Assembly: GCA_964016885.1 (NCBI GenBank)
Contig: OZ024742.1
Coordinates: forward strand, 307,334,001-307,398,000
Direction: 5' to 3'
DNA length: 64,000 bases
DNA from: Eledone cirrhosa
Taxonomy: Eukaryota
Shown here: positions 22,105 through 35,419 of the stretch, piece after piece
How the letters are laid out: every line of letters begins with the position of its first letter
How positions within the stretch are numbered: position 1 is the first letter of the stretch
Translations under genes and position numbers: made by a program
The notes under the pieces: model-generated
The model's database searches: none
Seen by the model: only the letters and a program-made list of their open reading frames with translations
What the model was told of the DNA's origin: nothing

Positions 22105-24133
22105 TCCTACTCGGGAGATATAACTAATCCAAAAACAGACTCAGTTTTTATCTATGTATGCTTCATATTGTCATGTTATGGTATTCTATGTTTCAATAAC
22201 TGCCCAGGTTAATTTTTGACTTTCGGAGTCGAGAAAGTAAAGTGCCAGTAACTCATTGGATCCATGTAACCACATCCCTTTCAATACATCGCCTTCTCAC
22301 GAAACTACAATTAATGAACTACAGAGTAAGCAGGCAAGTCGAGGTTCATGCTGAAATCGACGATGATTCAGAACTCTTACCTAATGTTCTAAAACCTATT
22401 CCTTACCGCCAAAATAGTGGATGATACATGCACTAGAGTCCGCAATCACGATTCGCACCCGGGAGACGGGATAATACAGCCTTCCGAGCAGATTTACATT
22501 AGCCATTCGAAACTAAGTTCTACACATCTGCAGTAAAGATTTCATGTAGGAAAATCGTATGGTTTACCATTTCTTCTGAGAAAAATCCAGGCAAATTATT
22601 GAAAAATCCTGTCTTTAACTTCAGCGTTCAAGTGGGAATTCTAGAGTTTGGTCTAGGTTACGATGAAGAAAGATAAGTGCCGCCAAATTTTAATGAATTT
22701 TGTGTAAACCGGAAGGATGGAAATCATAATAGTTACGATTAAGATGAAATAATGTCTGAAGTTTGATCCTGTCAGTAGTCATAGCTTGAAAGAATGTTTG
22801 GAAATCGGAAGAATAAAAGTAGCAGACAACATCAGTCGGCTTTTAACTGACATTGCAGAAGAGGCGTATATTATGTCAAAGATATTTTTTCTAATTTTCT
22901 GCAGATTTTCATTATTCTTTAGTCTTTATGACAATATATCAATCTCTTATGAGGTACAAGGCCAGCAATTTAAAGGGATGTAAAATTTGGGCTAAGTTGA
23001 TACCATATTAGATTTAAAATATATTCTATCGAATCCGTAATGATGAAAAGCAAAGTTGTCATTGGCAGGTGTTGAAACCAGAACGTAGAGATCCATAACG
23101 AAATAATTGTTTCTACTATTGGCACAAGGCCAGCAATTACGCAGTACATTACTGCTACTTTATTTTATCCAACCCGTAGGGATGAAAGGCAAAGTTAACC
23201 TCGGCGGGATTTGAACTCAGAATGGCAAGAGTCGTAACTCTATGCGTCAAAGCATGGCGTCCGACCCTCTACCGATACAGCCAATTCACCACCCTTAATA
23301 ACGAAATAATGCAATATATTACATCAGACGACCTTACCGAATTAGCTAGCTTCAGCATTCAGTATTGAGAAGAAAGGAGGTAGGTGTATAAGAGAAACTT
23401 GCTATCTTCAATTCAGTATTCGTTCCAAGCGTTACTTATGGTCATGTATGCTGGGTAATGATCGAAAGTATATGATCAAGAATACAAGGGCTCGAAATGG
23501 GATTCCTCCGAAGGATCTTTGGAGTAACGTTACTCGATAAAGTACGTAACTCGGAGATCAGAGTGTCACTCCAGATAGATCCTCTACATCTCATAACTGA
23601 GAGTACACAGTTCTGTTAATATTGGCATGTGGTTAGAACTTCTGAGGAAAGAATCGCAGTGCAGATTTTTACAAGCAAAACTAATCGGCAGGTGACTCTG
23701 AAGTAGAGCCCGAGCAAGATGTTTGGATAACATAAATGAGCTTGGCTAGTCACGATTGGGGATCCTGCCGGCTCAGTAGGAATTGGTTGCTTGTAACAAG
23801 ACACTCTGGAAGGTATGTTTGAATACTCTGCACCCAAGACTCTGTGAGGAATAGGCGAGCGAAGAAAAGGATTTACCTCCCTTATATTCCCCTTAAGCTG
23901 ACAGCATGTGGTGAGTCTTTTTACTGAGATAATTTAATTAAAAGTAAAATATTTGTACAAACAAAACAATTTTGAACAGTACAAATTAAAATCAGAACAA
24001 AGTATAAATTCTAATTGGTATATGTGTATAAAATGTCGTGACTAATTAAATATGTGAACAATATACTATAGATAGATCAGTGGATGTAGAATAGAAAATA
24101 TATATAAAAGGTGCGATGTAAAGCCTTTCAGTT

Positions 24134-24323
24134 ATCGCTTCTCGGCCTTTTGGCTAAGATCAAAGTGTAGTATCTGTTCTTATCAGCTTAATATCTGATA
24201 TGGTCCCTATATGGGACCATCGATATTAAACTGATTTTTAGAACTTGGCGAAGAGTTAGGGGCTTGCTCCGCCTTTGCCACGGGTTGGCCTGGTATTGCA
24301 GTATGTCCAGGATTTGGCCCATC
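24134..24323 (+). ncRNA. U2: U2 snRNA, copy 7 (A172G)
   Basis: Full-length match to copy 4. Confidence 0.97.
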
Positions 24324-26352
24324 TCCTACTCAGGAGATATAACTAATCCAAAAACAGACTCAGTTTTTATCTATGTATGCTTCATATTGTCATGTTATGG
24401 TATTCTATGTTTCAATAACTGCCCAGGTTAATTTTTGACTTTCGGAGTCGAGAAAGTAAAGTGCCAGTAACTCATTGGATCCATGTAACCACATCCCTTT
24501 CAATACATCGCCTTCTCACGAAACTACAATTAATGAACTACAGAGTAAGCAGGCAAGTCGAGGTTCATGCTGAAATCGACGATGATTCAGAACTCTTACC
24601 TAATGTTCTAAAACCTATTCCTTACCGCCAAAATAGTGGATGATACATGCACTAGAGTCCGCAATCACGATTCGCACCCGGGAGACGGGATAATACAGCC
24701 TTCCGAGCAGATTTACATTAGCCATTCGAAACTAAGTTCTACACATCTGCAGTAAAGATTTCATGTAGGAAAATCGTATGGTTTACCATTTCTTCTGAGA
24801 AAAATCCAGGCAAATTATTGAAAAATCCTGTCTTTAACTTCAGCGTTCAAGTGGGAATTCTAGAGTTTGGTCTAGGTTACGATGAAGAAAGATAAGTGCC
24901 GCCAAATTTTAATGAATTTTGTGTAAACCGGAAGGATGGAAATCATAATAGTTACGATTAAGATGAAATAATGTCTGAAGTTTGATCCTGTCAGTAGTCA
25001 TAGCTTGAAAGAATGTTTGGAAATCGGAAGAATAAAAGTAGCAGACAACATCAGTCGGCTTTTAACTGACATTGCAGAAGAGGCGTATATTATGTCAAAG
25101 ATATTTTTTCTAATTTTCTGCAGATTTTCATTATTCTTTAGTCTTTATGACAATATATCAATCTCTTATGAGGTACAAGGCCAGCAATTTAAAGGGATGT
25201 AAAATTTGGGCTAAGTTGATACCATATTAGATTTAAAATATATTCTATCGAATCCGTAATGATGAAAAGCAAAGTTGTCATTGGCAGGTGTTGAAACCAG
25301 AACGTAGAGATCCATAACGAAATAATTGTTTCTACTATTGGCACAAGGCCAGCAATTACGCAGTACATTACTGCTACTTTATTTTATCCAACCCGTAGGG
25401 ATGAAAGGCAAAGTTAACCTCGGCGGGATTTGAACTCAGAATGGCAAGAGTCGTAACTCTATGCGTCAAAGCATGGCGTCCGACCCTCTACCGATACAGC
25501 CAATTCACCACCCTTAATAACGAAATAATGCAATATATTACATCAGACGACCTTACCGAATTAGCTAGCTTCAGCATTCAGTATTGAGAAGAAAGGAGGT
25601 AGGTGTATAAGAGAAACTTGCTATCTTCAATTCAGTATTCGTTCCAAGCGTTACTTATGGTCATGTATGCTGGGTAATGATCGAAAGTATATGATCAAGA
25701 ATACAAGGGCTCGAAATGGGATTCCTCCGAAGGATCTTTGGAGTAACGTTACTCGATAAAGTACGTAACTCGGAGATCAGAGTGTCACTCCAGATAGATC
25801 CTCTACATCTCATAACTGAGAGTACACAGTTCTGTTAATATTGGCATGTGGTTAGAACTTCTGAGGAAAGAATCGCAGTGCAGATTTTTACAAGCAAAAC
25901 TAATCGGCAGGTGACTCTGAAGTAGAGCCCGAGCAAGATGTTTGGATAACATAAATGAGCTTGGCTAGTCACGATTGGGGATCCTGCCGGCTCAGTAGGA
26001 ATTGGTTGCTTGTAACAAGACACTCTGGAAGGTATGTTTGAATACTCTGCACCCAAGACTCTGTGAGGAATAGGCGAGCGAAGAAAAGGATTTACCTCCC
26101 TTATATTCCCCTTAAGCTGACAGCATGTGGTGAGTCTTTTTACTGAGATAATTTAATTAAAAGTAAAATATTTGTACAAACAAAACAATTTTGAACAGTA
26201 CAAATTAAAATCAGAACAAAGTATAAATTCTAATTGGTATATGTGTATAAAATGTCGTGACTAATTAAATATGTGAACAATATACTATAGATAGATCAGT
26301 GGATGTAGAATAGAAAATATATATAAAAGGTGCGATGTAAAGCCTTTCAGTT

Positions 26353-26542
26353 ATCGCTTCTCGGCCTTTTGGCTAAGATCAAAGTGTAGTATCTGTTCTT
26401 ATCAGCTTAATATCTGATATGGTCCCTATATGGGACCATCGATATTAAACTGATTTTTAGAACTTGGCGAAGAGTTAGGGGCTTGCTCCGCCTTTGCCAC
26501 GGGTTGGCCTGGTATTGCAGTATGTCCAGGATTTGGCCCATC
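26353..26542 (+). ncRNA. U2: U2 snRNA, copy 8 (A172G)
   Basis: Full-length match to copy 4. Confidence 0.97.
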
Positions 26543-28571
26543 TCCTACTCAGGAGATATAACTAATCCAAAAACAGACTCAGTTTTTATCTATGTATGCT
26601 TCATATTGTCATGTTATGGTATTCTATGTTTCAATAACTGCCCAGGTTAATTTTTGACTTTCGGAGTCGAGAAAGTAAAGTGCCAGTAACTCATTGGATC
26701 CATGTAACCACATCCCTTTCAATACATCGCCTTCTCACGAAACTACAATTAATGAACTACAGAGAAAGCATGCAAGTCGAGGTTCATGCTGAAATCGACG
26801 ATGATTCAGAACTCTTACCTAATGTTCTAAAACCTATTCCTTACCGCCAAAATAGTGGATGATACATGCACTAGAGTCCGCAATCACGATTCGCACCCGG
26901 GAGACGGGATAATACAGCCTTCCGAGCAGATTTACATTAGCCATTCGAAACTAAGTTCTACACATCTGCAGTAAAGATTTCATGTAGGAAAATCGTATGG
27001 TTTACCATTTCTTCTGATAAAAATCCAGGCAAATTATTGAAAAATCCTGTCTTTAACTTCAGCGTTCAAGTGGGAATTCTAGAGTTTGGTCTAGGTTACG
27101 ATGAAGAAAGATAAGTGCCGCCAAATTTTAATGAATTTTGTGTAAACCGGAAGGATGGAAATCATAATAGTTACGATTAAGATGAAATAATGTGTGAAGT
27201 TTGATCCTGTCAGTAGTCATAGCTTGAAAGAATGTTTGGAAATCGGAAGAATAAAAGTAGCAGACAACATCAGTCGGCTTTTAACTGACATTGCAGAAGA
27301 GGCGTATATTATGTCAAAGATATTTTTTCTAATTTTCTGCAGATTTTCATTATTCTTTAGTCTTTATGACAATATATCAATCTCTTATGAGGTACAAGGC
27401 CAGCAATTTAAAGGGATGTAAAATTTGGGCTAAGTTGACACCATATTAGATTTAAAATATATTCTATCGAATCCGTAATGATGAAAAGCAAAGTTGTCAT
27501 TGGCAGGTGTTGAAACCAGAACGTAGAGATCCATAACGAAATAATTGTTTCTACTATTGGCACAAGGCCAGCAATTACGCAGTACATTACTGCTACTTTA
27601 TTTTATCCAACCCGTAGGGATGAAAGGCAAAGTTAACCTCGGCGGGATTTGAACTCAGAATGGCAAGAGTCGTAACTCTATGCGTCAAAGCATGGCGTCC
27701 GACCCTCTACCGATACAGCCAATTCACCACCCTTAATAACGAAATAATGCAATATATTACATCAGACGACCTTACCGAATTAGCTAGCTTCAGCATTCAG
27801 TATTGAGAAGAAAGGAGGTAGGTGTATAAGAGAAACTTGCTATCTTCAATTCAGTATTCGTTCCAAGCGTTACTTATGGTCATGTATGCTGGGTAATGAT
27901 CGACAGTATATGATCAAGAATACAAGGGCTCGAAATGGGATTCCTCCGAAGGATCTTTGGAGTAACGTTACTCGATAAAGTACGTAACTCGGAGATCAGA
28001 GTGTCACTCCAGATAGATCCTCTACATCTCATAACTGAGAGTACACAGTTCTGTTAATATTGGCATGTGGTTAGAACTTCTGAGGAAAGAATCGCAGTGC
28101 AGATTTTTACAAGCAAAACTAATCGGCAGGTGACTCTGAAGTAGAGCCCGAGCAAGATGTTTGGATAACATAAATGAGCTTGGCTAGTCACGATTGGGGA
28201 TCCTGCCGGCTCAGTAGGAATTGGTTGCTTGCAACAAGACACTCTGGAAGGTATGTTTGAATACTCTGCACCCAAGACTCTGTGAGGAATAGGCGAGCGA
28301 AGAAAAGGATTTACCTCCCTTATATTCCCCTTAAGCTGACTGCATGTGGTGAGTCTTTTTACTGAGATAATTTAATTAAAAGTAAAATATTTGTACAAAC
28401 AAAACAATTTTGAACAGTACAAATTAAAATCAGAACAAAGTATATATTCTAATTGGTATATGTGTATAAGATGTCGTGACTAATTAAATATGTGAACAAT
28501 ATACTATAGATAGATCAGTGGATGTAGAATAGAAAATATATATAAAAGGTGCGATGTAAAGCCTTTCAGTT

Positions 28572-28761
28572 ATCGCTTCTCGGCCTTTTGGCTAAGATCA
28601 AAGTGTAGTATCTGTTCTTATCAGCTTAATATCTGATATGGTCCCTATATGGGACCATCGATATTAAACTGATTTTTAGAACTTGGCGAAGAGTTAGGGG
28701 CTTGCTCCGCCATTGCCACGGGTTGGCCTGGTATTGCAGTATATCCAGGATTTGGCCCATC
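28572..28761 (+). ncRNA. U2: U2 snRNA, copy 9 (U141A)
   Basis: Full-length; stem III 3' strand reads CCATTGCCA. Confidence 0.97.
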
Positions 28762-30790
28762 TCCTACTCGGGAGATATAACTAATCCAAAAACAGACTCA
28801 GTTTTTATCTATGTATGCTTCATATTGTCATGTTATGGTATTCTATGTTTCAATAACTGCCCAGGTTAATTTTTGACTTTCGGAGTCGAGAAAGTAAAGT
28901 GCCAGTAACTCATTGGATCCATGTAACCACATCCCTTTCAATACATCGCCTTCTCACGAAACTACAATGAATGAACTACAGAGAAAGCATGCAAGTCGAG
29001 GTTCATGCTGAAATCGACGATGATTCAGAACTCTTACCTAATGTTCTAAAACCTATTCCTTACCGCCAAAATAGTGGATGATACATGCACTAGAGTCCAC
29101 AATCACAATTCGCACCCGGGAGACGGGATAATACAGCCTTCCGAGCAGATTTACATTAGCCATTCGAAACTAAGTTCTACACATCTGCAGTAAAGATTTC
29201 ATGTAGGAAAATCGTATGGTTTACCATTTCTTCTGATAACAATCCAGGCAAATTATTGAAAAATCCTGTCTTTAACTTCAGCGTTCAAGTGGGAATTCTA
29301 GAGTTTGGTCTAGGTTACGATTAAGAAAGATAAGTGCCGCAAAATTTCAATGAATTTTGTGTAAACCGGAAGGATGGAAATCATAATAGTTTCGATTAGG
29401 ATGAAATAATGTGTGAAGTTTGATCCTGTCAGTAGTCATAGCTTGAAAGAATGTTTGGAAATCGGAAGAATAAAAGTAGCAGACAACATCAGGCGGCTTT
29501 TAACTGACATTGCAGAAGAGGCGTATATTCTGTCAAAGATATTTTTTCTAATTTTCTGCAGATTTTCATTATTCTTTAGTCTTTATGACAATATATTAAT
29601 TTCTTATGAGGCACAAGGCCAGCAATTTAAGGGGAGGTAAAATTGGGCTAAGTTGACAGCATATTGGATTTAAAATATATTCTATCGAATCCGTAATGAT
29701 GAAAAGCAAAGTTGTCATTGGCAGGTGTTGAAACCAGAACGTAGAGATCCATAACGAAATAATTGTTTCTACTATTGGCACAAGGCCAGCAATTACGCAG
29801 TACATTACTGCTACATTATTTTATCCACCCCGTAGGGATGAAAGGCAAAGTTAACCTCGGCGGTATTTGAACTCAGAATGGCAAGAGTTGTAACTCTATG
29901 CGTCAAAGCATGGCGTCCGACCCTCTACCGATACAGCCAATTCACCACCCTTAATAACGAAATAATGCAATATATTACATCAGACGACCTTACCGAATTA
30001 GCTAGCTTCAGCATTCAGTATTGAGAAGAAAGGAGGTAGGTGTATAAGAGAAACTTGCTATCTTCAATTCAGTATTCGTGCCAAGCGTTACTTATGGTCA
30101 TGTATGCTGGGTAATGATCGAAAGTATATGATCAAGAATACAAGGGCTCGAAATGGGATTCCTCCGAAGGATCTTTGGAGTAACGTTACTCGATAAAGTA
30201 CGTAACTGGGAGATCAGAGTGTCACTCCAGATAGATCCTCTACATCTCATAACTGAGAGTACACAGTTCTGTTAATATTGGCATGTGATTAGAACTTCTG
30301 AGGAAAGAATCGCAGTGCAGATTTTTACAAGCAAAACTAATCGGCAGGTGACTCTGAAGTAGAACCCGAGCAAGATGTTTGGATAACATAAATGAGCTTG
30401 GCTAGTCACGATTGGGGACCCTGCCGGCTCAGTAGGAATTGGTTGCTTGTAACAAGACACTCTGGAAGGTATGTTTGAATACTCTGCACCCAAGACTCTG
30501 TGAGGAATAGGCGAGCGAAGAAGGGGATTTACCTCCCTTATATTCCCCTTAAGCTGACAGCATGTGGTGAGTCTTTTTACTGAGATAATTTAATTAAAAG
30601 TAAAATATTTGTACAAACAAAACAATTTTGAACAGTACAAATTAAAATCAGAACAAAGTATATATTCTAATTGGTATATGTGTATAAAATGTCGTGACTA
30701 ATTAAATATGTGAACAATATACTATAGATAGATCAGTGGATGTAGAATAGTAAAATATATATAAAAGGTGCGAAGTAAAGCGTTTCAGTT

Positions 30791-30980
30791 ATCGCTTCTC
30801 GGCCTTTTGGCTAAGATCAAAGTGTAGTATCTGTTCTTATCAGCTTAATATCTGATATGGTCCCTATATGGGACCATCGATATTAAACTGATTTTTAGAA
30901 CTTGGCGAAGAGTTAGGGGCTTGCTCCGCCTTTGCCACGGGTTGGCCTGGTATTGCAGTATATCCAGGATTTGGCCCATC
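30791..30980 (+). ncRNA. U2: U2 snRNA, copy 10 (consensus)
   Basis: Full-length match to copy 3. Confidence 0.97.
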
Positions 30981-33010
30981 TCCTACTCAGGAGATATAAC
31001 TAATCCAAAAACAGACTCAGTTTTTATCTATGTATGCTTCATATTGTCATGTTATGGTATTCTATGTTTCAATAACTGCCCAGGTTAATTTTTGACTTTC
31101 GGAGACGAGAAAGTAAAGTGCCAGTAACTCATTGGATCCATGTAACCACATCCCTTTCAATACATCGCCTTCTCACGAAACTACAATTAATGAACTACAG
31201 AGTAAGCAGGCAAGTCGAGGTTCATGCTGAAATCGACGATGATTCAGAACTCTTACCTAATGTTCTAAAACCTATTCCTTACCGCCAAAATAGTGGATGA
31301 TACATGCACTAGAGTCCGCAATCACAATTCGCACCCGGGAGACGGGATAATACAGCCTTCCGAGCAGATTTACATTAGCCATTCGAAACTAAGTTCTACA
31401 CATCTGCAGTAAAGATTTCATGTAGGAAAATCGTATGGTTTACCATTTCTTCTGAGAAAAATCCAGGCAAATTATTGAAAAATCCTGTCTTTAACTTCAG
31501 CGTTCAAGTGGGAATTCTAGAGTTTGGTCTTGGTTACGATTAGGAAAGATAAGTGCCGCAAAATTTCAATGAATTTTGTGTAAACCGGAAGGATGGAAAT
31601 CATAATAGTTTCGATTAGGATGAAATAATGTGTGAAGTTTGATCCTGTCAGTAGTCATAGCTTGAAAGAATGTTTGGAAATCGGAAGAATAAAAGTAGCA
31701 GACAACATCAGTGGGCTTTTAGCTGACATTGCAGAAAAGGCGTATATTCTGTCATAAGATATTTTTTCTGATTTTCTGCAGATTTTCATTATTCTTTAGT
31801 CTTTATGACAATATATCAATTTTTTATGATGCACAAGGCCAGCAATTTAAAGGGAGGTAAAATTGGGCTAAGTTGACACCATATTGGATTTAAAATATAT
31901 TCTATCGAATCCGTAATGATGAAAAGCAAAGTTGTCATTGGCAGGTGTTGAAACCAGAACGTAGAGATCCATAACGAAATAATTGTTTCTACTATTGGCA
32001 CAAGGCCAGCAATTACGCAGTACATTACTGCTACATTATTTTATCCACCCCGTAGGGATGAAAGGCAAAGTTAACCTCGGCGGTATTTGAACTCAGAATG
32101 GCAAGAATTGTAACTCTATGCGTCAAAGCATGGCGTCCGACCCTCTACCGATACAGCCAATTCACCACCCTTAATAACGAAATAAAGCAATATATTACAT
32201 CAGACGACCTTACCGAATTAGCTAGCTTCAGCATTCAGTATTGAGAAGAAAGGAGGTAGGTGTATAAGAGAAACTTGCTATCTTCAATTCAGTATTCGTG
32301 CCAAGCGTTACTTATGGTCATGTATGCTGGGTAATGATCGAAAGTATATGATCAAGAATACAAGGGCTCGAAATGGGATTCCTCCGAAGGATCTTTGGAG
32401 TAACGTTACTCGATAAAGTACGTAACTCGGAGATCAGAGTGTCACTCCAGATAGATCCTCTACATCTCATAACTGAGAGTACACAGTTCTGTTAATATTG
32501 GCATGTGATTAGAACTTCTGAGGAAAGAATCGCAGTGCAGATTTTTACAAGCAAAACTAATCGGCAGGTGACTCTGAAGTAGAGCCCGAGCAAGATGTTT
32601 GGATAACATAAATGAGCTTGGCTAGTCACGATTGGGGATCCTGCCGGCTCAGTAGGAATTGGTTGCTTGTAACAAGACACTCTGGAAGGTATGTTTGAAT
32701 ACTCTGCACCCAAGACTCTGTGAGGAATAGGCGAGCGAAGAAGGGGATTTACCTCCCTTATATTCCCCTTAAGCTGACAGCATGTGGTGAGTCTTTTTAC
32801 TGAGATAATGTAATTAAAAGTAAAATATTTGTACAAACAAAACAATTTTGAACAGTACAAATTAAAATCAGAACAAAGTATATATTCTAATTGGTATATG
32901 TGTATAAAATGTCGTGACTAATTAAATATGTGAACAATATACTATAGATAGATCAGTGGATGTAGAATAGTAAAATATATATAAAAGGTGCGAAGTAAAG
33001 CGTTTCAGTT

Positions 33011-33200
33011 ATCGCTTCTCGGCCTTTTGGCTAAGATCAAAGTGTAGTATCTGTTCTTATCAGCTTAATATCTGATATGGTCCCTATATGGGACCATCGA
33101 TATTAAACTGATTTTTAGAACTTGGCGAAGAGTTAGGGGCTTGCTCCGCCTTTGCCACGGGTTGGCCTGGTATTGCAGTATATCCAGGATTTGGCCCATC
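33011..33200 (+). ncRNA. U2: U2 snRNA, copy 11 (consensus)
   Basis: Full-length match to copy 3. Confidence 0.97.
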
Positions 33201-35229
33201 TCCTACTCAGGAGATATAACTAATCCAAAAACAGACTCAGTTTTTATCTATGTATGCTTCATATTGTCATGTTATGGTATTCTATGTTTCAATAACTGCC
33301 CAGGTTAATTTTTGACTTTCGGAGACGAGAAAGTAAAGTGCCAGTAACTCATTGGATCCATGTAACCACATCCCTTTCAATACATCGCCTTCTCACGAAA
33401 CTACAATTAATGAACTACAGAGTAAGCAGGCAAGTCGAGGTTCATGCTGAAATCGACGATGATTCAGAACTCTTACCTAATGTTCTAAAACCTATTCCTT
33501 ACCGCCAAAATAGTGGATGATACATGCACTAGAGTCCGCAATCACAATTCGCACCCGGGAGACGGGATAATACAGCCTTCCGAGCAGATTTACGTCAGCC
33601 ATTCGAAACTAAGTTCTACACATCTGCAGTAAAAATTTCATGTAGGAAAATCCTATGGTTTACCATTTCTTCTGATAAAAATCCAGGCAAATTATTGAAA
33701 AATCCTGTCTTTAACTTCAGCGTTCAAGTGGGAATTCTAGAGTTTGGTCTAGCTTACGATTAAGAAAGATAAGTGCCGCAAAATTTCAATGAATTTTGTG
33801 TAAACCGGAAGGATGGAAATCATAATAGTTTCGATTAGGATGAAATAATGTGTGAAGTTTGATCCTGTCAGTAGTCATAGCTTGAAAGAATGTTTGGAAA
33901 TCGGAAGAATAAAAGTAGCAGACAACATCAGGCGGCTTTTAACTGACATTGCAGAAGAGGCGTATATTCTGTCAAAGATATTTTTTCTAATTTTCTGCAG
34001 ATTTTCATTATTCTTTAGTCTTTATGACAATATATTAATTTCTTATGAGGCACAAGGCCAGCAATTTAAGGGGAGGTAGAATTGGGCTAAGTTGACAGCA
34101 TATTGGATTTAAAATATATTCTATCGAATCCGTAATGATGAAAAGCAAAGTTGTCATTGGCAGGTGTTGAAACCAGAACGTAGAGATCCATAACGAAATA
34201 ATTGTTTCTACTATTGGCACAAGGCCAGCAATTACGCAGTACATTACTGCTACATTATTTTATCCACCCCGTAGGGATGAAAGGCAAAGTTAACCTCGGC
34301 GGTATTTGAACTCAGAATGGCAAGAGTTGTAACTCTATGCGTCAAAGCATGGCGTCCGACCCTCTACCGATACAGCCAATTCACCACCCTTAATAACGAA
34401 ATAATGCAATATATTACATCAGACGACCTTACCGAATTAGCTAGCTTCAGCATTCAGTATTGAGAAGAAAGGAGGTAGGTGTATAAGAGAAACTTGCTAT
34501 CTTCAATTCAGTATTCGTGCCAAGCGTTACTTATGGTCATGTATGCTGGGTAATGATCGAAAGTATACGATCAAGAATACAAGGGCTCGAAATGGGATTC
34601 CTCCGAAGGATCTTTGGAGTAACGTTACTCGATAAAGTACGTAACTGGGAGATCAGAGTGTCACTCCAGATAGATCCTCTACATCTCATAACTGAGAGTA
34701 CACAGTTCTGTTAATATTGGCATGTGGTTAGAACTTCTGAGGAAAGAATCGCAGTGCAGATTTTTACAAGCAAAACTAATCGGCAGGTGACTCTGAAGTA
34801 GAGCCCGAGCAAGATGTTTGGATAACATAAATGAGCTTGGCTAGTCACGATTGGGGACCCTGCCGGCTCAGTAGGAATTGGTTGCTTGTAACAAGACACT
34901 CTGGAAGGTATGTTTGAATACTCTGCACCCAAGACTCTGTGAGGAATAGGCGAGCGAAGAAGGGGATTTACCTCCCTTATATTCCCCTTAAGCTGACAGC
35001 ATGTGGTGAGTCTTTTTACTGAGATAATGTAATTAAAAGTAAAATATTTGTACAAACAAAACAATTTTGAACAGTACAAATTAAAATCAGAACAAAGTAT
35101 ATATTCTAATTGGTATATGTGTATAAAATGTCGTGACTAATTAAATATGTGAACAATATACTATAGATAGATCAGTGGATGTAGAATAGTAAAATATATA
35201 TAAAAGGTGCGAAGTAAAGCGTTTCAGTT

Positions 35230-35419
35230 ATCGCTTCTCGGCCTTTTGGCTAAGATCAAAGTGTAGTATCTGTTCTTATCAGCTTAATATCTGATATGGT
35301 CCCTATATGGGACCATCGATATTAAACTGATTTTTAGAACTTGGCGAAGAGTTAGGGGCTTGCTCCGCCTTTGCCACGGGTTGGCCTCGTATTGCAGTAT
35401 ATCCAGGATTTGGCCCATC
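35230..35419 (+). ncRNA. U2: U2 snRNA, copy 12 (G159C)
   Basis: Full-length; stem IV CCTCG. Confidence 0.97.
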
